A stretch of 64,000 nt of DNA from an uncultured Bacteroidales bacterium. Its GTDB lineage: Bacteria > Bacteroidota > Bacteroidia > Bacteroidales > UBA10428. Below, piece after piece: positions 47,181-58,922 of this stretch. Under the pieces are notes generated by a model, which made no database searches, had not been told where the DNA came from, and saw only the letters and a program-made list of their open reading frames with translations. The stretch lies in assembly GCA_964503885.1 (NCBI GenBank), contig CAZDCD010000015.1, positions 24,663-88,662 on the forward strand, given 5' to 3'. How positions within the stretch are numbered: position 1 is the stretch's first letter; each line of letters starts with the position of its first letter. The position numbers and the translations under genes are program-made.

Positions 47181-49235
47181 ATGAAAAAACCTTTTTTAAC
47201 AGGTGTAACAAGCATAGCCATGATAGTAATGTCCTGCAATTCAATGCATAAGAACGATTCAAATACTGGTAAGGATTTTACTTATACGATCGAGCAATTT
47301 GCCGATATCCGTATCTTGCATTACGAGGTTCCGGGATTCAGCGGGCTGAGCCTCCACCGGAAAAAACTGATCTATTACCTCAGTCAGGCTGCATTGTGCG
47401 GAAGGGATATCGTGTTTGACCAGAATGGCATGTATAACCTGGCCATCAGGCGGACATTGGAGAACATATACGAAACATATGACGGCGACAGGGAATCCGA
47501 GGATTTCGCACAGTTTACCGAATACCTGAAAAGAATATGGTTTTCAAACGGAATTTACCACCATTACTCGACCGACAAAATACTTCCCGGGTTCACAAAA
47601 GAATATTTTGGTACGCTCGTTGGACATTCGGCGAAAGACAAATTCCCTGTAAAAAAAGGGGAAACAACTACTGCACTGATGGAAAAACTGATGCCCGTGA
47701 TCTTTGATCCCGATATTATGCCAAAGAAAGTTTGCCTTGAACCTGATAAAGACCTGGTAATCAATTCATCGGTAAATTTTTATAAAGGGATTAACCAGGC
47801 TGAAGCAGAAAACTTTTATACCGCACTTAAAGTTCCGGAGGATCAGAGGCCGGTATCTTACGGACTTAATTCAAGACTGATCAGGGAAAATGGAAAAATC
47901 AGCGAACAGGTATGGAAACTGGGGGGTTTGTATTCACAGGCAATCGAACAAATTGTTTATTGGCTGGAATTGGCTGAAACCGTTGCTGAGGATAGCAACC
48001 AGAAAGCAGTCATTGGTAAGCTGATCGATTACTATAAGACCGGTGATCTGAAAATCTGGGATGAATATAATATTCTTTGGGTAAAAGACCTTCAGCCGGA
48101 GGTGGATTTTGTCAATGGTTTTATTGAAACCTACGACGATCCTCTCGGGTTGAAAGCTACCTGGGAATCGTCGGTCAATTTTAAGAATACCGAAGCCACC
48201 AAACGAACCGGGATCATCAGCCGGAATGCACAGTGGTTTGAAGACCATTCCCCAACAGACAAACGATTTAAAAAGACCGAGGTTAAAGGAGTTGCTGCAA
48301 AAGTAATTACCGTAGCACAGTTGGGAGGAGAATGTTACCCGAACACACCCATCGGAATCAATCTTCCGAATGCCGACTGGATCAGAAAGGAATACGGATC
48401 CAAATCGGTGACCATGGAGAATATTACTTACGCCTATGATCAGGCAAATCAAGGTAACGGATTTATAGAAGAATTCAGTTCCGGCAAAGAAGAGATTGAC
48501 CTCGTTAAAAAATATGGATTTATCGCCGGCAATCTGCATACCGATTTGCATGAGTGCCTTGGTCACGGATCGGGGCAGCTCTTACCCGGGGTTTCATCTG
48601 ATGCACTTAAGAATTACCAGTCGTCGCTCGAAGAAACACGTGCCGATCTTTTTGCCCTGTATTTTAGTATGGATGATAAAATGGTTGAACTGGGACTTGT
48701 CCCCAATATAGATGTCGCAAAAGCCGAATACATTCATTATATAAGGAACGGGATAATGACACAGCTTACTCGGATCCAGCCCGGGAAAAACATCGAGCAG
48801 GCCCACATGCGCAACCGTCAGCTCATTTCGAAATGGTGTATGGAAAAGGGTAAGGATGAAAATGTAATCGAACGGATTTCCAGAAACGGCAAGACCTATT
48901 TCAGGATCAATGATTATGAAAAGCTCAGAAATCTTTTTGGGGAATTATTGAAAGAAGTACAACGCATTAAATCAGAGGGTGACTATGAAGCGGGCAAATT
49001 GCTGGTTGAAAAATATGGGGTTGTCGTTGACACAGCCCTGCATCGTGAGGTGCTGAAACGCTATGCGAAACTTAAGCTTGCACCTTTCAGCGGGTTTCTC
49101 AACCCGGAATTTCAACCCGTTGAGCAAGACGGGGAAATTGTGGATATAACAATAAGCTACCCGGATAATTATCCCGAACAGATGATGAAATACAGCAAAG
49201 AGTATTCATTTTTACCAACCTGGAACGGGATGTGA
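47181..49235 (+). CDS. M49-family (dipeptidyl-peptidase III-like) zinc peptidase, lipoprotein
   Basis: Lipobox ..IVMSC. Zinc motifs HECLGHGSG and EETRADL. Confidence 0.8.
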   Translation: MKKPFLTGVTSIAMIVMSCNSMHKNDSNTGKDFTYTIEQFADIRILHYEVPGFSGLSLHRKKLIYYLSQAALCGRDIVFDQNGMYNLAIRRTLENIYETYDGDRESEDFAQFTEYLKRIWFSNGIYHHYSTDKILPGFTKEYFGTLVGHSAKDKFPVKKGETTTALMEKLMPVIFDPDIMPKKVCLEPDKDLVINSSVNFYKGINQAEAENFYTALKVPEDQRPVSYGLNSRLIRENGKISEQVWKLGGLYSQAIEQIVYWLELAETVAEDSNQKAVIGKLIDYYKTGDLKIWDEYNILWVKDLQPEVDFVNGFIETYDDPLGLKATWESSVNFKNTEATKRTGIISRNAQWFEDHSPTDKRFKKTEVKGVAAKVITVAQLGGECYPNTPIGINLPNADWIRKEYGSKSVTMENITYAYDQANQGNGFIEEFSSGKEEIDLVKKYGFIAGNLHTDLHECLGHGSGQLLPGVSSDALKNYQSSLEETRADLFALYFSMDDKMVELGLVPNIDVAKAEYIHYIRNGIMTQLTRIQPGKNIEQAHMRNRQLISKWCMEKGKDENVIERISRNGKTYFRINDYEKLRNLFGELLKEVQRIKSEGDYEAGKLLVEKYGVVVDTALHREVLKRYAKLKLAPFSGFLNPEFQPVEQDGEIVDITISYPDNYPEQMMKYSKEYSFLPTWNGM

Positions 49236-49237
49236 GC

Positions 49238-49272
49238 CGGATACCAGATTCTGGATGCTGGATACTGGATTG
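49238..49272. repeat. short CTGGAT-type tandem repeat directly after a stop codon
   Basis: ggataccagattctggatgctggatactggattg. Confidence 0.7.
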
Positions 49273-49800
49273 TCTACTGACAATGCCTAAATAACGTTGA
49301 ACATGGTTACTTGCTATGCGTCACTCGTTACCAATATAGAGCCTAGTAAAGATCCCGGGTTAAAAACCCCGCGTCATCTGCCATGATCATTCAGAGCATA
49401 GGCGACCCATGACGCGGAAATGAGATCACATTTTAATTTATGATTTCCTATTCTTACTTTCCTATGCTGAAAGAAAGGATCAAAGAAAATCAAGGCAAGC
49501 GAAACGAGCTTGTCCCGCTTAACGGGAAGCAGGCTATGCGCAGGTATTGTGTGAGCGATTAAAACGATGCTACAGCCCTCTCTGAAACACTTCAAGAATT
49601 CCGGGAAAAGCAGACAAGCCTCTTTGCCGGAATTCTACAAAGTTTTCCATTATTCACATTATTTTATTGCTTTTAAAGGAGTTTCCCATATTTCAAAAGG
49701 AGATAAACATTAATTTAAAATGTCTAACTTTAAATGCTACTAATTAAGGGAAGCATTCAAATGTACTGTGTTTTTGATTTTTGGATTATAAAAATAAAAT

Positions 49801-51003
49801 ATGAACCAATTCATTATCTCAATTATTCTAGCTGTTATTCCTACATTAGGATTCTCTCAGCGCAACGATTTGGCTATCTTGGTAAATGTACCGGAAATTA
49901 GTTATGAGGGAAGCCTACAGAATGGAAGCTGGTCACCCGATAATCAATTTCTTTTATGTACTAATTGGGAAAGTGGTTACAATGAATATCCCGCTAATAT
50001 TTTTATTATAGATTTAAGTGATTATTCTTTTACTTCTTTAACAACAGATGGCGAATCGAATGTAAATATGCCGGGCTTAACATGGAGTCCCATTTTGAAT
50101 AAGGTAGTTTTTTCTTCAGAAAGTATAGGAGATGACGGCGACCAGGTTCTTATAATGGAACCTGACGGGCTACCAGGTAGCGCAGTGAGAGTAACGCCAT
50201 GGACAGACAGAATGTGCTGGGAACCCGGTTTTTCTTCTGATGGAGAATGGGTTGTATATGAAGCCCATTATTTAACTAATCCTGATGTTGGTATTATAGA
50301 AACTTATAAAATGGATGGTTCACAGGGCTCTTTTCAGCTTACCGCTGACAGTATTGATGCCCGGCAACCAAGTTGGTCGCATGTAGGCAATAAAATTGTT
50401 TTTCAGATAGCACAAGGTAATAATTGGGATATCTGGACGATGAATAGCGATGGATCTGACAAGAAAAACATTACAGGTTCTGACCCGGGAGACAAAACAG
50501 ATGCTTCTTTCTCTCCCAATGCTGAATGGATTGTTTATAGTGGCGATAATGGAGAATTGGAATTTGCGAATATATTTATTAAAAACTTAATATCAGGCCA
50601 GGTAATTCAGGTTACCGATTATTCAGGTTATGACGGTGCTCCTTCCTGGTCTACTGGCAACAGAATAGTGTTTGAATCAACAGCAGGTGATCCTGATGGC
50701 TCGGATGGAGCTACATTATGGATTATAGATGCTCCGGTAGATGGAACAACCTTAAAAGTTGAACCAGTTACCTTAAATGATATTCATAATGAAACAGTTA
50801 CAATTTATCCAAATCCATCGGACAGTTATGTTATAATTAAATCTGGAAATTTTAAAATCAAAAAAGTTGAAATATTTAGCATAATTGGAGAAATAATTAA
50901 AACCGAATTATCTTCAAATACAATTGATATAGATGAAATCCCGACTGGTTTATATTTTATAAAAATCAATAACAAATTTGTCCGTAAAATTATAGTACAA
51001 TAA
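49801..51003 (+). CDS. PD40/TolB-like beta-propeller protein with a T9SS C-terminal sorting domain
   Basis: Repeated SWSPD.., TWSP.., FSSDGEWVVY, SWSHVGNKIVF, SFSPNAEWIVY and SWSTGNRIVF, followed by IYPNPS..GLYFIKI. Confidence 0.75.
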   Translation: MNQFIISIILAVIPTLGFSQRNDLAILVNVPEISYEGSLQNGSWSPDNQFLLCTNWESGYNEYPANIFIIDLSDYSFTSLTTDGESNVNMPGLTWSPILNKVVFSSESIGDDGDQVLIMEPDGLPGSAVRVTPWTDRMCWEPGFSSDGEWVVYEAHYLTNPDVGIIETYKMDGSQGSFQLTADSIDARQPSWSHVGNKIVFQIAQGNNWDIWTMNSDGSDKKNITGSDPGDKTDASFSPNAEWIVYSGDNGELEFANIFIKNLISGQVIQVTDYSGYDGAPSWSTGNRIVFESTAGDPDGSDGATLWIIDAPVDGTTLKVEPVTLNDIHNETVTIYPNPSDSYVIIKSGNFKIKKVEIFSIIGEIIKTELSSNTIDIDEIPTGLYFIKINNKFVRKIIVQ

Positions 51004-51138
51004 TTGCAGCCAACAAGGTATAAATGCGCTTTGCCTCCCCATGCAGATGAATGTTTATAGCTTACATCTTTAAAAACTAATGAAATATTATAACTTCGCC
51101 ATTATAAGCATCTTTAAAACCGTAATTCTTGATTTTAA

Positions 51139-51480
51139 TATAGTGAAGGTCACTGGGTATACAAACGAGAAGGATTGTATTATTTGGAATATGCTGGTGC
51201 AGGAACCAAACCTGAAATGATTGAATATTGTACAACAGAAAGTCTTGAAGGCCCATGGATATACAGGGGAATTATTGCAGAAAATGCACCAAATAGTTTT
51301 ACTATCCATCCGGGGATTATTAATTATAAAAGCAATACGTATTTTTTTTATCATAATGGTTTACTTCCTACAGGCGGCAGTTACAGACGTTCAGTATGTG
51401 TTGATTATATGTATTATATCCCGGATGGAACCATACAAAAAGTTGTACAGACTAAAGAAGGAGTAAAAGCAATTAAATAA
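51139..51480 (+). pseudogene. GH43 glycoside hydrolase remnant (C-terminal about 113 aa only)
   Basis: ..SEGHWVYKREGLYYLEYAG...EGPWIYRGII...YFFYHNG. The frame opens only at 51139 after a TAA, and no N-terminal catalytic part is present. Confidence 0.7.
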
Positions 51481-51495
51481 ATAATAATCGATTAA

Positions 51496-52668
<1,173 letters not shown>

Positions 52669-52716
52669 ATTATGGTTTACAGAAAAAATTCATTTCTTAT
52701 AATATTTATTCAGTAA

Positions 52717-53847
<1,131 letters not shown>

Positions 53848-53881
53848 ATATAAAATACATAAACCATAAAAAACCAATAGT

Positions 53882-56242
53882 ATGAAAAAAACATCTTTAC
53901 TCTCACTATGCTTTATTTTATCAATTGCACTTCAGGCACAAGGATTAAAAGACTATTTACCGGCGGGTAAATATATCGGAACAGCTGTTAATAATCAATA
54001 TCTGCAAGGAGGAAATAATGTTAATGGTTATAACGATACTCTCATTAGCGATTTCAACTGTATTGTAGCAGAAAATGCATACAAAATGGCTTATATAATT
54101 CCGAACAGGCCTGCAGATCCATTTAACTTAACCATTGACGACCTGTCGGCATCGCAACTCCTATTGGTTGATGCTATGATAGATACAGCCAATAATAATA
54201 ATATGAAAACCCGGGGACATGCATTTATCTGGCACAGCCAGGCTCCATCGTGGTTAACTACGGATGCTCAGAGTTGGACAAATCAGCAGATTTACGATTT
54301 TGCCGAATCGTATATAACCGTTTTTGGTACTTACTGCAAGGGAAGGATCGATGAATGGGATGTTGTAAACGAAGCATTGAACGACAACGGAAACGGATTT
54401 CGTACAGGAACCTGGTACGATAATGTAGATGATAAACAGGATTTTATTGAACACTGTTTTACCGTGGCACATGCAGCCGATCCGGATGCCGATTTATTTT
54501 ATAATGATTACAGTATTGAATTGTACAAATTCAGTCAGGGAGCTGTTGGTAACGTAAAAAACGGCCCCATGTTACAAATGGTAAATACCATGCTTGACCA
54601 TGGTACCCCGATTAACGGTGTAGGCCTTCAAAGTCACTATATCAGTGGATCGGATATGACCGATAGTACCTATATAACACTCGAAAAGACCATAGATTCC
54701 TTAAATACACTGGGCCTGTTTTGCAACATGACCGAAATGGACATACGTATATGTGGCGGAACAACGGAAGCTGATCTGGATAAACAAAAAGACGAATACA
54801 GAAGAATTACTGAAATATTCCTGGAAAACGATAACTGTAATTCTATGCTCGTTTGGGGAATTACGGATGCAAGCTCATGGATACCCGGAGTATTTAGCGG
54901 TTGCGATGATCCCTTGTTATATGATGCACAAATGCAGCCAAAACCCGCTTATTATGGTGTTCTACAATCACTTATGATAGAATCGGGTATGTTAAGCGGA
55001 CCGTATAATTTCGAACCACAGGTGATCCCCGGAAAAATCGAAATGGAAGATTACGATTATGACGCGTTTTACGATAATGATTCAGGGAACACAGGCGGAG
55101 TTTACCGCGAAGATTCGGTCGATATTACTACAGGTAATACAGGATACGTTGTTGGCTGGACAGAAGCTGGTGAATATCTCACGTATACGGTTAACGTGAC
55201 TGTTGCCGATACATTTGAGTTGGCATTCGTTTATGCTTCTGACATAGTTGTCGGCAATTACTCTGAAATTGAATTATTAATTGACAATGTGGCACTGGAT
55301 GAGAACGTTATGTTGCCCTCAACCGGTTCATATAGTGTATTCGATACAATAGCTATCGACAGTCTTATACTTGAAAAAGGTAAACATAAAATAAGATTAA
55401 ACATTGTAAGTGATAGTGCCAATATCGATTATATTGAGTTTTCAAGAGCAGATTGCAATGGTGTTCGTAACGGAAGTGCATATATCGATGATTGCGACGT
55501 ATGTGTTGGTGGCGATACAGGACTTGATCCGTGTATTATTCGTAATCCCTATACTGTTATGACTATACCGGGTATCATCGAAGCAGAAAACTACGATGAA
55601 GGTAAAAATGGTGTAACTTATTACGATGCTACGAGTGGCAACCAGGGTGGTGAATACAGAACAGACGATGTGGATTTGGGCACAACGGATGACAATGGAG
55701 GAGGTTATGTATTGGGTTGGATTGAGCCGGACGAATGGTTAGAATATACCATTACAATTGAAGAAACAGCTGATTATACCGTTACATTCCGGGTTGCTTC
55801 CGGTTTAACCACCGGAAATTTCGATCTGTCGGTAGATGGTGAAACGGTAATAAGTAATCTGGCTGTTCCGAATACCGGGGGATGGACAACATACGACGAC
55901 CTGGTTTTTAACGATATACCGTTGGAAGCAGGTGAAGCAGTTATTCGTATTGATGTAAGTGGTGGATACTTCAACATGAACTATATGCAATTTGAAATAA
56001 TAGATGAAGAAACCGGTATTCATGCAATTTATGGCGATAAACTATTGATTACACCAAATCCTTTTACCGATGAACTTCAGGTAGAAGGTTTACAAATCAA
56101 TCAAGCCTGGAAAATTTATTCAATAGATGGTAAATTACAGAAAAAAGGAATGTCAGATAGAATAATTACCAACGACCTCAAACCGGGTATATACATTTTT
56201 AAAACAAACGATCAAGTCATTAAGTTAATTAAGACAAAGTAA
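53882..56242 (+). CDS. GH10 endo-1,4-beta-xylanase with two CBM6-like modules and a T9SS sorting domain
   Basis: EWDVVNEA (acid/base) and NMTEMDI (nucleophile). Two repeats of IE.EDYD...GG.YR.D.VD. C-terminal ITPNPF..GIYIFKT. Confidence 0.85.
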   Translation: MKKTSLLSLCFILSIALQAQGLKDYLPAGKYIGTAVNNQYLQGGNNVNGYNDTLISDFNCIVAENAYKMAYIIPNRPADPFNLTIDDLSASQLLLVDAMIDTANNNNMKTRGHAFIWHSQAPSWLTTDAQSWTNQQIYDFAESYITVFGTYCKGRIDEWDVVNEALNDNGNGFRTGTWYDNVDDKQDFIEHCFTVAHAADPDADLFYNDYSIELYKFSQGAVGNVKNGPMLQMVNTMLDHGTPINGVGLQSHYISGSDMTDSTYITLEKTIDSLNTLGLFCNMTEMDIRICGGTTEADLDKQKDEYRRITEIFLENDNCNSMLVWGITDASSWIPGVFSGCDDPLLYDAQMQPKPAYYGVLQSLMIESGMLSGPYNFEPQVIPGKIEMEDYDYDAFYDNDSGNTGGVYREDSVDITTGNTGYVVGWTEAGEYLTYTVNVTVADTFELAFVYASDIVVGNYSEIELLIDNVALDENVMLPSTGSYSVFDTIAIDSLILEKGKHKIRLNIVSDSANIDYIEFSRADCNGVRNGSAYIDDCDVCVGGDTGLDPCIIRNPYTVMTIPGIIEAENYDEGKNGVTYYDATSGNQGGEYRTDDVDLGTTDDNGGGYVLGWIEPDEWLEYTITIEETADYTVTFRVASGLTTGNFDLSVDGETVISNLAVPNTGGWTTYDDLVFNDIPLEAGEAVIRIDVSGGYFNMNYMQFEIIDEETGIHAIYGDKLLITPNPFTDELQVEGLQINQAWKIYSIDGKLQKKGMSDRIITNDLKPGIYIFKTNDQVIKLIKTK

Positions 56243-56263
56243 TTGTAAGGCGAGAATAGGGAA

Positions 56264-56294
56264 AAAGGTCAGTTGTGTACAACTGGCCTTTTTG
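56264..56294 (+). terminator. intrinsic terminator
   Basis: aaGGTCAGTTG-tgta-CAACTGGCCttttt. Confidence 0.75.
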
Positions 56295-56632
56295 ATTGTT
56301 TAAAATCTTTAATCCTGGGATGTATATACACCCTATCCTAAGCTTGGTTGTAAACTACGCTTTATATATTTCTGAAATAATTTAACAGTTTTATATTCGA
56401 TTTTCCATTTTTAAAAAATAATTTCTATATTTAATTGTGTATTTAAAAAAGTTAAGTGCAAATTTTCAAGAAGCAACGGAAGAATGCTCTGAAGCAATAG
56501 AAAAACGACTGGACGTAAAGGAAAAATTGTTAGAAGCAAGTATAAATGTTTAATCTAAAATTAATTTAATTATACCAACAAGACCAAAATTTTAAGAAGC
56601 GGAAACGCCGGAACGCTATTGCATTGCGTTAA

Positions 56633-56740
56633 AGAGCTGAAATTGCCTCATTTCCCTCTCGTCTGCCTGGCTGAGCCAGTCAGACAGGACTGATATTTTA
56701 ATCCATTAAAAAAGTGTCAAGTAAAACCAGGACGATACAG
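56633..56740. repeat. intergenic repeat element, copy B (shares blocks with 28085-28285)
   Basis: Contains AGAGCT, GAAATTGCCTCaTTTcCCTCTCG, ATTTTAA and the identical 19-mer TAAAACCAGGACGATACAG (56722-56740). Confidence 0.8.
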
Positions 56741-56780
56741 TCCTCGAGATAACCTAAAACTTTTCAAAATACTTATTGAC

Positions 56781-56802
56781 ATTTGTTAACAAATATGTTA
56801 AC
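56781..56802. promoter_or_regulatory. palindromic operator-like site upstream of the toxin-antitoxin pair
   Basis: Perfect 14-nt palindrome ATTTGTTAACAAAT (56781-56794), followed by a further half-site ATGTTAAC. Confidence 0.5.
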
Positions 56803-56810
56803 TTTACGTA

Positions 56811-57159
56811 ATAATTCGAGAAATAAAATTTTATAAAAATTACTTTATTGACTTTTATATCTCACTTGATACATTTACTCAAGAGAAGATTGAATATGTT
56901 TTTAGAGTTATTCGGACCGTCGATAGGATACCTGAGAAATTTCTTAAACATCTTGAGGGTACAGATGGTCTTTATGAGATAAGAGAAAAAGTTGGGAGTA
57001 ATATTTTTTCGAGTCTTTTGTTGTTTTGATGCTGGAAGGATTGTAATTCTTTTTAATGGGTTTCAGATAAGGAGTCAGAAGACGCCTGGCAAGGAGATTA
57101 CAAAAGCTATCAAACTTAAGGATGAGTATTTTACTAATAAAAATGAAGGGAAGTCATGA
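56811..57159 (+). pseudogene. Gp49/HigB-like (RelE/ParE superfamily) toxin, disrupted
   Basis: ..IREIKFYKNYFIDFY...IPEKFLKHLEGTDGLYEIREKVGSNIF, then a +1 shift in a T6 run (57004-57009). The remainder, RVFCCFDAGRIVILFNGFQIRSQKTPGKEI..., is in another frame. The position of the start codon reads ATA. It has an ATGA overlap with the antitoxin. Confidence 0.7.
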
Positions 57160-57455
57160 AGACAATTAAAGATGCTAAGACGTTTGATGAGTTGCTTGAT
57201 ATCAAATATGGTAAACTTGGAACTCCTAAGAGAGATGAATTTGAGACTAAAGCCAAGGCATTTGTCGTTGGAGAAATGATAAAGGACGCCAGGAAAGAAG
57301 CTCATCTTACACAAGAGGATTTAGCACGTAAGTCAGGGACAAAAAAGAGTTATATTTCCCGGGTAGAGAATGGAAAAATTGATATTCAAGTTTCCACTTT
57401 ATTCAAAATATTTGAAGAGGGACTCGGCAGAAAAATTGGATTGACATATTTATAA
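57156..57455 (+). CDS. XRE-family HTH antitoxin (HigA-like)
   Basis: 99 aa with the HTH LTQEDLARKSGTKKSYISRVENGK. It is coupled to the upstream toxin remnant. Confidence 0.75.
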   Translation: MKTIKDAKTFDELLDIKYGKLGTPKRDEFETKAKAFVVGEMIKDARKEAHLTQEDLARKSGTKKSYISRVENGKIDIQVSTLFKIFEEGLGRKIGLTYL

Positions 57456-57654
57456 ATACCTGCGACGCCACAACAGCCGGTAAAGTGCATGGGCTGCGCA
57501 GTGCCACGGGAGATAAGAACGTAAACCGCTTTTTTGTATCTTTCCAAATAAAACTTAATCCGATGCAACGCCTACGACACCTTACCGATAGAACATTACG
57601 TACAGCCACATTAAAATAGGGCTACTATTAATAAGAAATAAAACATTAATCAAG

Positions 57655-58182
57655 ATGAAAATTATTCTTTCTTTTTATTTGATATTTTTTTGCCTCTTTT
57701 CCGGCTATTCACAAAACGATTATCCAGAACCAGCAAAAACAACTACCCGACTATTTTACATTCAACATAGTAATAACCAAAATACTTATGTGTATGATGC
57801 AAATATAAAAGGAGAGATTATTGATTCGTCTCAACCTATTAACGAATATCGAATAGTTTATACTGAAAATGGTATAAAAAAACCTTTGTCCAGGATACAA
57901 AAAAAATTAGCTTATGGAATGATTCTATTAGAGTCAGAACCTAATTTATTCAAATTACGCCTTGCTGCCACAAAAATAATATATTTTTATCTTAATTATG
58001 ATGAAAGTGAAGGAGCTAGAATTTATGTTACCGTCAATAAGCATAAGATGTATTTGGACAAGATGTTCATACAACTAAAAGATGGAATTATGGGTATCAA
58101 TGTTAAAGTCGAATACGTTCTATTTTATGGCGAAGATTATGATTCTGACAAACCTGTAATAGAAAAAGTTGTAGTAAAATAA
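57655..58182 (+). CDS. DUF4833-like secreted protein
   Basis: Signal peptide. RLFYIQHSNNQNTYVYDAN matches my recollection of the DUF4833 N-terminal motif. Confidence 0.45.
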   Translation: MKIILSFYLIFFCLFSGYSQNDYPEPAKTTTRLFYIQHSNNQNTYVYDANIKGEIIDSSQPINEYRIVYTENGIKKPLSRIQKKLAYGMILLESEPNLFKLRLAATKIIYFYLNYDESEGARIYVTVNKHKMYLDKMFIQLKDGIMGINVKVEYVLFYGEDYDSDKPVIEKVVVK

Positions 58183-58722
58183 CTTCCCGTTGCTTTATTA
58201 CCTGTTTGTTTCTCTGCCTTTGCTGTATTCCTTCACTCCGTGTAATTTTGTTGCATTTATCAATGATCTTTTTATGCAGTTTTGTATCAGTTGGACGTGT
58301 CATGTTTTTTCCTGAAATGTTGAGTCGATCAATACTTCCTTTTCTTTGGCCTCATTATCAAAAAGATTAATAGACAGTTTTAATAATTCCTCGGTTCCCT
58401 TTTCACCCATTCGTTTTCTGAAGTGCACAAATTCACTGGGATCTATGGGCTTTTCTACCTAAAAGAAAACTTCCCCGGTGAAATATTGCCAGTACAAATT
58501 CTCTATCCATCTGTCCACAACACTTTCATCACTATGATTATACATGTATTTTAAAAGCGCCAACGCTATCATTCTTCTTAGCGGTACTGAAGGTCTCCCA
58601 AAATCTTTGTAGTATCCCTTGAAGTTTTCTGACACTGATTCCCAATCAATCTTGTTTGACAAAATACACAATTCATGTTGAAGATTAATAAATTGTTTCG
58701 GCGGTGTCTTGAATATATTCAA
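58183..58722 (-). mobile_element. IS5/IS1182-like transposase remnant (N-terminal about 175 aa, in-frame stop, 3'-truncated)
   Basis: DUF772-like N-terminus ..GRPSVPLRRMIALALLKYMYNHSDESVVDRWIENLYWQYFTGEVFF, then TAG (58456-58458), and then in the same frame VEKPIDPSEFVHFRKRMGEKG...TRPTDTKLHKKIIDKC. No DDE domain follows. Confidence 0.7.
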
Positions 58723-58922
58723 TTGAGGTGTCTTTTCTCTTTTTCTGATCTTTTTTGAAAGGTTTTCTCTGAATTTATTCTTTTCCTTGCAAATTTGAAG
58801 TGTATTTTTATTAACTTTAGTAACAACAACCAGTTAATATTCAAATTTTTGACCCTAATTTAAGGGTCGACTTAGTAGATTATTTCAGCATATCAATTGA
58901 ATTAGAGGATTTTGATTCAAAT

